Of a stretch of DNA of 64,000 bases, positions 10,323-19,182 are shown one piece after another (the first letter of the stretch is position 1; each line of letters starts with the position of its first letter). Below the pieces are notes generated by a model that worked only from the letters and a program-made list of their open reading frames with translations, did no database searches and was not told the DNA's origin. The translations under genes and the position numbers were made by a program. The stretch spans positions 1 to 64,000 of the forward strand of contig JAYOYH010000004.1 of assembly GCA_038153405.1 (NCBI GenBank), in the 5' to 3' direction. The DNA comes from Gemmatimonadota bacterium. GTDB lineage: Bacteria; Latescibacterota; UBA2968; UBA8231.

Positions 10323-10988
10323 ATGAAGCAGCTACACGCTATCCGCGCCGTGCTCTTTGACTTGGACGGCACGTTAATTGACTCGGAATCGCTGACCGAC
10401 CGCGCCGTGCTCGACCTGCTGCAAACGCACTCGATCGCAGGCGACGATCTCGACCTGAGCCAGTTTCACGGCGTCAGTTGGCAGGGCATTGACCTAATGC
10501 TGCGGGCGCTGTTTCCCAAACTCGGCCAGGCCGGCAATCTGGCCCAAGCACTAGCCGCGCACTGCGCACAGCTGGCACAGTGCCAACCACCACCCTTCAT
10601 ACCCGATGCTCAGCGCGCTTTTCTCGCCGCCAGCGCCCTCTTTCCCACCGCCATCGTCACGGGCAGCGACGCCGCTGCCGTAGAGAATTTTCTGCAGCGG
10701 TCCGGTCTGCAAACCGCCTGCTCATTCTACGTCAGCAACGAGCAATATGCCTACTCTAAACCCGACCCAGCGTGCTATCGGCTGGCGGCGGACAAACTCG
10801 GCATTGCACCGGCGGCATGCCTAGTATTTGAAGACTCCGTTCCCGGTCTGCAGGCCGCACGCGCCGCCGGCATGCAGGCCATTGCCGTAACGCACAGCAC
10901 TTCGTCGCCGCCGGCCGGCCTTGCGGCCGGATCCATAGTCGACTACACCGCCTTGGCTGGCGATTTTTTCGCACACATTAGCGCGTAG
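10323..10988 (+). CDS. HAD-IA family phosphatase
   Basis: FDLDGTLIDSE, KPDP, VFEDS..G..AA.AAGM. Confidence 0.9.
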   Translation: MKQLHAIRAVLFDLDGTLIDSESLTDRAVLDLLQTHSIAGDDLDLSQFHGVSWQGIDLMLRALFPKLGQAGNLAQALAAHCAQLAQCQPPPFIPDAQRAFLAASALFPTAIVTGSDAAAVENFLQRSGLQTACSFYVSNEQYAYSKPDPACYRLAADKLGIAPAACLVFEDSVPGLQAARAAGMQAIAVTHSTSSPPAGLAAGSIVDYTALAGDFFAHISA

Positions 10989-11043
10989 CAATCCGTTCTG
11001 TGTCTGGCCATCTTACGTACTTGTTGGAGGTAGGAGCGCTAAC

Positions 11044-11089
11044 AAAAGAAAAAGAGGACGGACCGCGTAGGTCGTCCTCTTTTTCTTTT
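11044..11089. terminator. Bidirectional intrinsic terminator
   Basis: AAAAGAAAAAGAGGACG-g-ACC-gcgta-GGT-CGTCCTCTTTTTCTTTT: long stem with T-tracts on both strands, between convergent genes. Confidence 0.85.
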
Positions 11090-11104
11090 TCTCTGTAGGC
11101 CGTG

Positions 11105-11233
11105 TTAGAGCACGACGCCGAACAACAGCAACAGAAACGTCTCACCGACGAAAAAACCCAAGAGAAAGGTCTTGGTCATTTTCCAGTTTTCATCGTTTCC
11201 CTTGCGGTACAGCACATCAAAAGCTAGAGGCAT
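11105..11233 (-). CDS. Small 42-aa membrane peptide (not in the ORF track)
   Basis: MPLAFDVLYRKGNDENWKMTKTFLLGFFVGETFLLLLFGVVL*. Hydrophobic C-terminal half; sits between a sigma70-like promoter and a terminator. No clear SD sequence. Confidence 0.65.
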   Translation of the reverse strand: MPLAFDVLYRKGNDENWKMTKTFLLGFFVGETFLLLLFGVVL

Positions 11234-11295
11234 GAAACTTTACCCGCGTATGTGACAACGGGGGAGCGCCTCTGTGGGGATATCAGAGCAATTCA

Positions 11296-11324
11296 AATAT
11301 GACAGACTCAACCTACTCTGTCAA
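11296..11324 (-). promoter_or_regulatory. Sigma70-like promoter for the 42-aa ORF
   Basis: TTGACA-17 bp-CATATT on the minus strand, overlapped by the palindrome TGACAGA-N10-TCTGTCA. Confidence 0.6.
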
Positions 11325-11339
11325 GCATAACAGCCCCCA

Positions 11340-11368
11340 TTGTCGGCATCGCACACGCGCAGTATACT
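11340..11368 (+). promoter_or_regulatory. Sigma70-like promoter for the msrA operon
   Basis: TTGTCG-17 bp-TATACT, about 55 nt before the msrA start. Confidence 0.5.
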
Positions 11369-11424
11369 ATGGCCCATTGCCGACCCAATGCTCGGTAACC
11401 GTCCTAATCGCAAGGAGCAATCGC

Positions 11425-11973
11425 ATGTCCGAACAGCTACAGCTGGCCACCTTTGGCGCCGGCTGCTTTTGGTGTGTAGAAGCCGTTTACCAGGACCTGC
11501 GCGGCGTGCACAGCGCCGTTTCTGGCTACAGCGGGGGCCAGGTAGACAATCCGACCTATGAGGCCGTGTGCGGCGGTGCAACGGGACACGCCGAAGTCGT
11601 GCAAATCCGCTTTGATCCAGCGCACATAGCCTACGCAGACCTGCTCTACATATTCTGGCGCACGCACGATCCGACCACGCTCAATCGCCAGGGTGCCGAC
11701 AGTGGGACGCAGTACCGCTCGGCCATCTTCTATCACGACGAAACGCAGCGAACCGCGGCGCAATCTTCGCTGCGCGAAACCGACGCCAGCGACCTGTGGT
11801 CCGATCCCATCGTCACCCGCATAGACCCCTTTACCACCTTTTACCCAGCAGAAGACTACCATCAAAATTTCTTTAAGAACAACCCGCGCCAGCCCTACTG
11901 CGCAGTAGTCATCGATCCCAAGCTTCGCAAGTTTCGCAGCACCTTTGGCGATCGCCTGAAGGTCACAGCGTAA
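11425..11973 (+). CDS. msrA: Peptide-methionine (S)-S-oxide reductase
   Basis: GAGCFWC, GYSGG, TGHAE, HDPTTLNRQG.D.GTQYRS, AEDYHQ. AAGGAG RBS. Confidence 0.97.
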   Translation: MSEQLQLATFGAGCFWCVEAVYQDLRGVHSAVSGYSGGQVDNPTYEAVCGGATGHAEVVQIRFDPAHIAYADLLYIFWRTHDPTTLNRQGADSGTQYRSAIFYHDETQRTAAQSSLRETDASDLWSDPIVTRIDPFTTFYPAEDYHQNFFKNNPRQPYCAVVIDPKLRKFRSTFGDRLKVTA

Positions 11974-12950
11974 TGGAAGCCGTCTATCTGGCCCAATCCA
12001 GACCAGGCATCGAGCAACATCTGCGCCATCTGGAAGGCTTAGAAGCCGGCTTGCGCCTGCGCTTTGTCGACTGCGAGCAAGCGATCCCTGACATTGCCGC
12101 ACAGTGCGGCAATACGCCCGTTATCGTCGTCGGCGGCAACTACTACCACCTAGCTGAGCTAGCCGAGCACCTACCCGCTCTACGCCTAATACAGACCTTT
12201 ACCGCCGGCACCGACTGGATCGACGTGGCGGCGCTGGCGTCTAAAGGAGTGCAAGTCTCCGACAACAATGGTGCCAATGCTACGGCCGTAGCAGAACACG
12301 CCATAGCGCTCATCCTCGAACTCTATCACCACTTTGCCGCACAGCTGGCCAGCGTGCGCCAGGGCACCTGGCAGCAGGGCATGGGCAATGCCACCGCGCA
12401 GATGCACACACTAGAAGGCAAGCGAGTCGGTCTGATCGGACTAGGCCGCATCGGCTCGCGCGTGGCCAAGCGCCTGGCCGGCTGGGAGTGCGAGGTCTTT
12501 TTTTTTGATACCGCGATGCTGGACGACAGCTATCTGCGCGCCTGTAGCGCCCGCCTCCTACCCTTTGACGAGTTGCTCAGCACCTGCGACATCATCTCGC
12601 TACACGTGCCGCTCAACCGCCTGACGCGCCATCTGATGGGCGCACGCGAATTCGCCCTCATGCGCCCGACAGCGCTCTTTATCAACACCTGCCGCGGAGG
12701 CGTCGTCGACGAAGAGGCCCTCATTGCAGCGCTGCAAAGCGGCCAGCTTGCCGGCGCCGGTTTAGATGTGACGGAGTCCGAGCCCATTGCTCCGGACAAT
12801 CCGCTCCTACAAATGGCCAACGTCGCCATCACGCCGCACTACGCCGCCCGAGCCATCGAATCGGGGATTCATGGCTCGGCCCATGTAGCAGCCAACGCCG
12901 CACGCGCCCTGCGCGGCGAAGCGCCGCTATCCATCGTCCAACCCGTATAG
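11973..12950 (+). CDS. D-isomer-specific 2-hydroxyacid dehydrogenase
   Basis: AVAEHA, GLIGLGRIG, SLHVPL, INTCRG, LDV...EP, TPH. Confidence 0.92.
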   Translation: MEAVYLAQSRPGIEQHLRHLEGLEAGLRLRFVDCEQAIPDIAAQCGNTPVIVVGGNYYHLAELAEHLPALRLIQTFTAGTDWIDVAALASKGVQVSDNNGANATAVAEHAIALILELYHHFAAQLASVRQGTWQQGMGNATAQMHTLEGKRVGLIGLGRIGSRVAKRLAGWECEVFFFDTAMLDDSYLRACSARLLPFDELLSTCDIISLHVPLNRLTRHLMGAREFALMRPTALFINTCRGGVVDEEALIAALQSGQLAGAGLDVTESEPIAPDNPLLQMANVAITPHYAARAIESGIHGSAHVAANAARALRGEAPLSIVQPV

Positions 12951-12960
12951 GAGTGACCTT

Positions 12961-13788
12961 ATGTCTACGCCCTTTCCTCCCTGGCCCGAAGGCGACGTAG
13001 CGCGCTATACCGCCTACCGAGCCGCCGGTCCCATCGCCGTTGACGGCCACCTCGACGAACCGAGTTGGCTGGCAGCTCCGCGCAGCCCGCGCTTTCGCGA
13101 TCTCGTACACGGCGCACCGGGCCTCCATGACACCCGCGCGGCCGTGCTGTGGGACGAACGCTATCTGTATGTTGGCTTTTGGATTGAAGAGCCGTTTGTT
13201 ACAGCTACGCTGACCGAGCGCGACGCTCCCATATACCAAAACAACGACGTCGAAGTATTTATAGCTGGCAAAGACGCCTATTACGAATTCGAGATCAACG
13301 CACTCGGCACGATTTACGAAGTGCTCTTCGTGTGGGAAGAGGCTTACCAGCGCGATGGCTACGACAAACTGACCGGTTTACAGCCCGATGCCGAGGGCGC
13401 ACAGCCCTTTAATGGCGTCGCTCTGAGCAACCATCCGCGCGGCATGCGCAGGGGCTTTTTCCGCTGGGACTTACCCGGCCTGCAGTGGGCAGTGCACGTC
13501 GATGGCACGCTCAACGACGACAGCGACCGCGACCGCGGCTGGACGGTAGAATTGGCGTTCCCCTGGGCGGGCATGGACGTATTGGCACGCGGCGATGGAC
13601 GCGCACTACCGCCAAACGAAGGAGACGTGTGGCGCATGGACTTTTCCCGCTTTAACCAGTATAAAGAGGCCCCTCCTTCGCGCGATCCGGGCGGCTGGGC
13701 GTGGAGTCCGCACGGCGTGTGGGACTCGCACGTGCCCGAGTGCTTTCCCTTTATCGAATTCTCGAATACTTCGGTGCTTGAACTATAG
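12961..13788 (+). CDS. CBM9-like carbohydrate-binding protein
   Basis: VDGHLDEPSW, WDERYLYV, DVEVFI, YYEFEINALG, WTVELAFPW, WRMDFSR. Confidence 0.8.
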   Translation: MSTPFPPWPEGDVARYTAYRAAGPIAVDGHLDEPSWLAAPRSPRFRDLVHGAPGLHDTRAAVLWDERYLYVGFWIEEPFVTATLTERDAPIYQNNDVEVFIAGKDAYYEFEINALGTIYEVLFVWEEAYQRDGYDKLTGLQPDAEGAQPFNGVALSNHPRGMRRGFFRWDLPGLQWAVHVDGTLNDDSDRDRGWTVELAFPWAGMDVLARGDGRALPPNEGDVWRMDFSRFNQYKEAPPSRDPGGWAWSPHGVWDSHVPECFPFIEFSNTSVLEL

Positions 13789-13936
13789 GAATGAACCTGC
13801 CAAACATTTCATATATAGGCTCCAATAGCGATTGACCCATGTCCACAATGGACCGACATGTAGCGCGTTTTGCGGTACAATAACTCGCTATGTGACCTCT
13901 TCAACATCCCAATACCAAGGCTGTAGAATAGAGTCT

Positions 13937-15742
13937 ATGCAACTTACAATGGTTATACAGCGTTTCATCGTCATCTTATTAATCGGGATTCCCATGGAAG
14001 TATTGGCAGTAAACAAAGCCACTGAATTGACCAACAATGCATGGATCAGAACACCGACAAGGATTGGCGTCGTCAATCCTGTCGCCTACTGTGTCAATCG
14101 AATAGAAGCCATCGATTTGGCACGACGAGAAAAATGGCAGGAAGCTAAACCCATCTTAGAGGAATTGACCTCGCAATACCCGGACGACGGCGATACCTGG
14201 TACCTATTGGGATTGGCCTACCTTCAGCATCAACAATGGAGAAAAGCAATCGATGCGCTTGAACAAACTATCGCGCTAGGGACTGCTCTGCACGACATTC
14301 CAACGGGCTCTGCACCATCGAACGACATCATGATCAAAATTGCTGAGGCACACGGTCGTTTGGGCAATGAGAAAGAGGCCATTACCTGGATCAACCAATC
14401 CCTTTCTGCTCGTTGGGATGATCGACCGACGCTAGCGGGCACCAGCATATTTACTCGGGGGAAAAATCCAAACTTTGCGCTTTTTGAAACATCGGAATCA
14501 TTCCAAAAAGCCGCGGGGAGCTACCTAGACACAACGCTGTCTCGTGACGAGGCCTGGCGGCAGGACCTACGCTTCCTGGTGGGCGAAATAAAGCGCTTAC
14601 ATGTACACATGTACCACACCCTTAGTCCAGAAGCGTTTCAACGCAAGGTGGACAGCATCGATCAACAAATACCATCACTGACCGACCAGCAAGTGGTTTT
14701 TGAGTTTATGCTGTTGTTGGGTTCGGTAGGCAATGGGCATAACCTCATCATTCCTGGCTTTGGTGCGAAAGGTTCATTTGCGCAACTGCCAATGCAATTC
14801 TACTGGTTCTCTGATGGGCTGTATATCGTGGGTGCCAGCGAAGAGTATCGGGAATGGATAGGCAGTGCGGTCGAAGCATTTGGCAACACGCCGACCGAGC
14901 AGGCACTGGCAAAGACAGCGTCGATTAACGCCAGAGACAATGAAATGCAGCAGCGCTGGTTAAGCCCATACTATCTCAGTTTAACAACCGTACTCGAAGG
15001 ACTAGGGATCGTTGAGAATAGCAACCACGTTTCCCTAACCCTGCGCAAACCCTCTGGCACAGCGCATAAAATTCAACCTAAGACCCACGCGATACATTTC
15101 CAAGGCTTCCCCAAGCTTCCGCCATTAACAGCGAATGCGTCTCCGCGCTATTTGGCCAATAATCATGACACCTATTGGTCTGAATTCGTCAGTGAACGCA
15201 ATGCACTCTATGTTCAAGTCAACGATATTGCCAATAAGGCATCTGTTTCTTTCAAGGAATTTAACCTTCAGCTCAGAAAAAAAATAATAGCAGAGCATGT
15301 CGACAATTTCATTTTAGATTTGCGCCATAACAGCGGCGGAGACGGCTCTATTAATCCCCCAATGATTGCAACCATGGTTTTCTTTGAGGGGCATAAACCC
15401 GATGGTAAGCTGTTTGTGCTCATCGGTAGAAATACGTTTTCAGCAGCACATAACCTATTGCTAGATATTTCCCGGTTAACCGATGTAATTGTCGTGGGCG
15501 AACCATCGGGATCACGCCCCAACGCACTGAGTGAATCGGGCTGGTTTAACTTACCCTACAGTAGATTAACGGGCATCGTTTCTTCACAATTTCACCAATC
15601 AGGTGAGCCAGAAGATCACCGCATTTGGGTTGCTCCGCATATGCCTATCGGCTTGTCCTCGGATGAATACTTCTCGGGCGAGGATCCATCAATGGATGCA
15701 ATTTTAAATTTTATTGGCGATGCAGGCGGTCGCAAAAAATAA
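13937..15742 (+). CDS. Secreted TPR plus S41-like peptidase-domain protein (AT-richer than neighbours)
   Basis: Signal-like N-terminus, TPR WYLLGLAY..WRKAIDALEQ, WRQDL, ILDLRHNSGGDG, GRNTFSAA, VGEPSG. Start is uncertain (13937-13994). Confidence 0.75.
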   Translation: MQLTMVIQRFIVILLIGIPMEVLAVNKATELTNNAWIRTPTRIGVVNPVAYCVNRIEAIDLARREKWQEAKPILEELTSQYPDDGDTWYLLGLAYLQHQQWRKAIDALEQTIALGTALHDIPTGSAPSNDIMIKIAEAHGRLGNEKEAITWINQSLSARWDDRPTLAGTSIFTRGKNPNFALFETSESFQKAAGSYLDTTLSRDEAWRQDLRFLVGEIKRLHVHMYHTLSPEAFQRKVDSIDQQIPSLTDQQVVFEFMLLLGSVGNGHNLIIPGFGAKGSFAQLPMQFYWFSDGLYIVGASEEYREWIGSAVEAFGNTPTEQALAKTASINARDNEMQQRWLSPYYLSLTTVLEGLGIVENSNHVSLTLRKPSGTAHKIQPKTHAIHFQGFPKLPPLTANASPRYLANNHDTYWSEFVSERNALYVQVNDIANKASVSFKEFNLQLRKKIIAEHVDNFILDLRHNSGGDGSINPPMIATMVFFEGHKPDGKLFVLIGRNTFSAAHNLLLDISRLTDVIVVGEPSGSRPNALSESGWFNLPYSRLTGIVSSQFHQSGEPEDHRIWVAPHMPIGLSSDEYFSGEDPSMDAILNFIGDAGGRKK

Positions 15743-15856
15743 CTTGAGATCCACGTCCCCCCTAAACCATCGTTTTGCGCAGCGGCGCATGCGCGCCTTG
15801 GCTCTTTGGACAACCTCTTCGAGGTTCGCAAACCGTGAGACTTATAGGACTGCTAT

Positions 15857-17014
15857 ATGGCCACCGAATTAGTGCAACTGAACGCCGCCGACTTTGAAGA
15901 TGCGATGGACTTCATGAATCTGGTCTTTAGTGCCCACGGTCCGATCGACTTCACGCAGCTGCTGCCGGCCCTCTACCAACCCGACGATGAAATGATGGGC
16001 TGGAACTGGGCCGTGCGCGAAGGTGGGCGCATCCGCGCCGTAGTCGGCTCATTTCCCATCCAATGGCAGCTGGGCGACGCGCGGCTTGACGTAGCGGGCA
16101 TCGGCGGCGTCTCCAGCCATCCGCGCCGCCGCGGCGCCGGCTATATGCGCCAGCTCATGGAGCACTGCGTTCAGCGCATGCGCGACGAAGGCAAACATCT
16201 GTCTTGGCTCGGCGGTCAACGCCAGCGCTACGCCTATTTTGGCTACGAAAAGTGCGGCACGGGATATACATTCACGCTGAGCAAAGCCAATTTACGCCAC
16301 GTCTACGGCGATGCGCCCAGTCGCCTATCGTTTCGCCCGCTCGAGCCCGGCGACGCGGTGCACCGCGCCGGCTGCATGGAGCTACACGATGCACAGCCCT
16401 TTCACTGTCTGCGCCCGGCCGAGCGCTTTGACGCGCTGCTGCGCAGTTGGAAGCATCAGCCCCACATCGCCCTAGCCCCCGACGGCCGCATGGTCGGTTA
16501 CCTAGTGGCCAACGGCAGCGGCGACTCGGTGTGTGAACTGTGCGCCGTATCGGAGGGACACCCCGAACTGGAAATCGCCCGCGCGTGGACCGCCCAGCAA
16601 CGCTCGGGCAGCATCCGCTTCGACCTATCCCCTTGGCATCCGCTCGTCCACAAATTAGGTCCCCTAGCGGAATCGTTCTCAACGAGTTCTACCGGCAATT
16701 GGCTGGTTTTTAACTGGCGGGCAACGCTCGAAGCCCTGCTCAACGTGCGCGCCAGCACGGGGCCGCTGATCGATGGAAGAGTCGCCGTGGACATTGCCGA
16801 CTGCGGCACGCTGGCACTTGAGGTACAAAACGGAGAAACGGCGTGCAGTCCGACCGACGAGGAGCCCGCCCTGCGCGTTGACGCGCCAACGGCACACCGC
16901 CTGCTCTTTGGCCCGCTGGCTCCATCGGCTACCATAGCCCTGCCACCGGCTGCCGCAGCGCTGGAGCAGTGGTGTCCGCTGCCGCTCTACTGGGCTCGGC
17001 AAGACGGCGTTTAG
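15857..17014 (+). CDS. Eis-like GNAT acetyltransferase
   Basis: GIGGVSSHPRRRGAGYM, RYAYFGYE; about 385 aa with an SCP2-like C-terminus. Confidence 0.8.
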   Translation: MATELVQLNAADFEDAMDFMNLVFSAHGPIDFTQLLPALYQPDDEMMGWNWAVREGGRIRAVVGSFPIQWQLGDARLDVAGIGGVSSHPRRRGAGYMRQLMEHCVQRMRDEGKHLSWLGGQRQRYAYFGYEKCGTGYTFTLSKANLRHVYGDAPSRLSFRPLEPGDAVHRAGCMELHDAQPFHCLRPAERFDALLRSWKHQPHIALAPDGRMVGYLVANGSGDSVCELCAVSEGHPELEIARAWTAQQRSGSIRFDLSPWHPLVHKLGPLAESFSTSSTGNWLVFNWRATLEALLNVRASTGPLIDGRVAVDIADCGTLALEVQNGETACSPTDEEPALRVDAPTAHRLLFGPLAPSATIALPPAAAALEQWCPLPLYWARQDGV

Positions 17015-17022
17015 CCGATCAT

Positions 17023-19182
17023 TTATCCGGCATTTGTAACGTAGATCGGGCTAGACCACGCCCGTTCGCCGTCGACCTGCAGTACGCGCACCCAATAGGC
17101 GCGCGTACCTTGGCCAAACGTTTCTTCGCGCCAGCGCAGCTGAGCGGAGCGCGGCCCATCGCCGCGCAGAGCCGCGCCGACGCGCACGTGCTTTGAGGCA
17201 CCGCCCAGCGCGGCGAATTGCTCCCGTTGTAGCGCTTTATTTACTTCTATTTCCACCGCTCCCTGTAGTGAATCTAAGCGCATGCGCTCAACGCCGTCGG
17301 GGCGAAAACTAAATCCCATTTCGTTGCCTCCCGTAGCCGAATGCCAGCGCACGCAGCGCTCGTCCATTTGCTCTACCGAATCGAGCGGCGACTGCAGTCC
17401 CACAGGCACGACGTCGTTCAACCGACCTTCTTCCGCGCAGAGCACGCCGTCCCACGGCACGCGCTGGGCGCCCGCCGTCCCTTCTTCTTCGGCTCCGCCC
17501 CAGAGCACGCGCAGGCGCGAGCGATCATATGCGGCGACCGTCCAGCGGTGCACTACATCGGTATCGCACAGCACCTCGACGCATTCTATGGCAGCCGTGC
17601 CCTCGACACACACGCATATTTCTGGCGCATCGCGCACCGCGCATTCTCCACCCATGCCGCACCCGTCGACTTCTACGTCCAGCAAAATACGCGCACCGCT
17701 CGTCCCATAGCAGCGCCGCGCCTGCAGCGCCGACCACAGCCCACGACGGCTCAGATCGCCGGCGCGCACCGCCGTCAATCCATTGCGCACATTGCGCGTT
17801 AGACGCCGTCCCGGCCAGCAGGCGCCCGGGCGTCCCATCACCCCATCGGTCCCTGCCGTGATGCCGACTTTATACCCGCGGCGCAACGCGTCGAAAACAA
17901 ACCACTCCGACGTCCCGTGCGTCGAGTGAATTTCAAAGAGCGGCTCTATGGAGGGCGCGTGAAAATCGAGATTGGTCGGCCGGCCGCCCACGTGCAGTCC
18001 GAGCAGCACCTGCTCTTTTTTCATGGCAGTGAGAAACTCCGGCGCGCGCGGCAGATCGGGCTGTGGATCGGGAACTTCTTCGGCAAAAAACCGGTCCGAA
18101 CGGCGCAGCCGCGCTGCGTCGGCCCGGTAGAACACGTTGCGATCGCCGCCGTCTTCGCTGAACGGGCTCCACTCACAGCCCAGATAGCAGACAAAGCGCC
18201 CCGGCTCGTCAGCCGCGTGCGAAACCTCGCGTATGTGCTGCCAGGTAGCCGAATCGATGTAGTGGTCGTTGGCCTGCTGGCTGGCAAACTGCAGTCCGGC
18301 CACATCGCGGGCGTAGGCAAAGTGATCCCCAAGTGAGCCAGCCCCACAGCCGATCTCCGTCTGCCCGGAGTGCAAGTCACCCCAGTAGAGGCGCTCGGCC
18401 ATCGAAGGGGAAACAGCGCGCAGCGGATTGCTCTCGCCCTGCAGCGAACCGCTGCGCGCGCGCAGGCGATAGACGCCCTCGGCCTGTAGGCAGACGCTAT
18501 AGGTATAGACCGGGAAGCGCTCGCCCTCGCCTTGGCAGACAACCTCATCAGCTACCTCAAGCGTCGGTTCGCCGTCCAGCGGTGCGGGATTGCCCCAGCG
18601 ATCTTCGCCGTATACGCGCACCGTCGTCGCCTCGCCCACTGCGACCTCACCCTCGCATACGACGACGAGGCGTTCGGCGCGACCAGCGACAATATCGTAC
18701 GGTGCGAGATCGGCCAAGCGGTTCCAACTGCGCGCGTCCTCGCCGCTGACCAGCGGCAAAAAGCGCGCGTCGCGCGTTATAAACGTCGGAGCGCCCCATT
18801 CATAGCAGCGCAGGGCGATCGCATCGCCTGCGCGCAGCGCGCCGGTTACGACCCGCAGTTCCATATGGTGATGCCAGGGATTGAGATCGCCCTGCGGCTC
18901 AAATGCGTACGCGATATCCGCTTTCTCACAGGTGATGTCCACGCGCTCCGGCCGCGCCCAATCAAAGGGCCAGCGCCAGGCAATGCGCAGGGCGGATCCT
19001 TCAGCGAGTCCCGCTTCGCCTGCGCAAAACGCAAATTCGGCGTCGACCGCTGCACCGGCGACTATCTGTGCCGGCATTCGACAGCGCAGCGTTCCCCAGC
19101 GGCGCGCGCGCTCATCGCGCGCCAATTGCGGCCAGTGCCAAACCTGCCCGCCGCCGGGCGCTCCGCTGCGCACTACGGCCAT
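17023..19182 (-). CDS. DUF3604 / PHP-like (CehA/McbA-type) metallohydrolase
   Basis: YWGDLH, NDH, GCEWS...GGDRNV, HVGGR, EIHSTHG, RRCYGTSG.RI, YWVRV.Q.DGERAWSSPI. Confidence 0.8.
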   Translation of the reverse strand: MAVVRSGAPGGGQVWHWPQLARDERARRWGTLRCRMPAQIVAGAAVDAEFAFCAGEAGLAEGSALRIAWRWPFDWARPERVDITCEKADIAYAFEPQGDLNPWHHHMELRVVTGALRAGDAIALRCYEWGAPTFITRDARFLPLVSGEDARSWNRLADLAPYDIVAGRAERLVVVCEGEVAVGEATTVRVYGEDRWGNPAPLDGEPTLEVADEVVCQGEGERFPVYTYSVCLQAEGVYRLRARSGSLQGESNPLRAVSPSMAERLYWGDLHSGQTEIGCGAGSLGDHFAYARDVAGLQFASQQANDHYIDSATWQHIREVSHAADEPGRFVCYLGCEWSPFSEDGGDRNVFYRADAARLRRSDRFFAEEVPDPQPDLPRAPEFLTAMKKEQVLLGLHVGGRPTNLDFHAPSIEPLFEIHSTHGTSEWFVFDALRRGYKVGITAGTDGVMGRPGACWPGRRLTRNVRNGLTAVRAGDLSRRGLWSALQARRCYGTSGARILLDVEVDGCGMGGECAVRDAPEICVCVEGTAAIECVEVLCDTDVVHRWTVAAYDRSRLRVLWGGAEEEGTAGAQRVPWDGVLCAEEGRLNDVVPVGLQSPLDSVEQMDERCVRWHSATGGNEMGFSFRPDGVERMRLDSLQGAVEIEVNKALQREQFAALGGASKHVRVGAALRGDGPRSAQLRWREETFGQGTRAYWVRVLQVDGERAWSSPIYVTNAG

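Noticed and set aside
13790..13900. Possible sulfatase 5' remnant (MNLPNISYI...)
   Set aside because: Too short, stops early and has no CxPxR motif.
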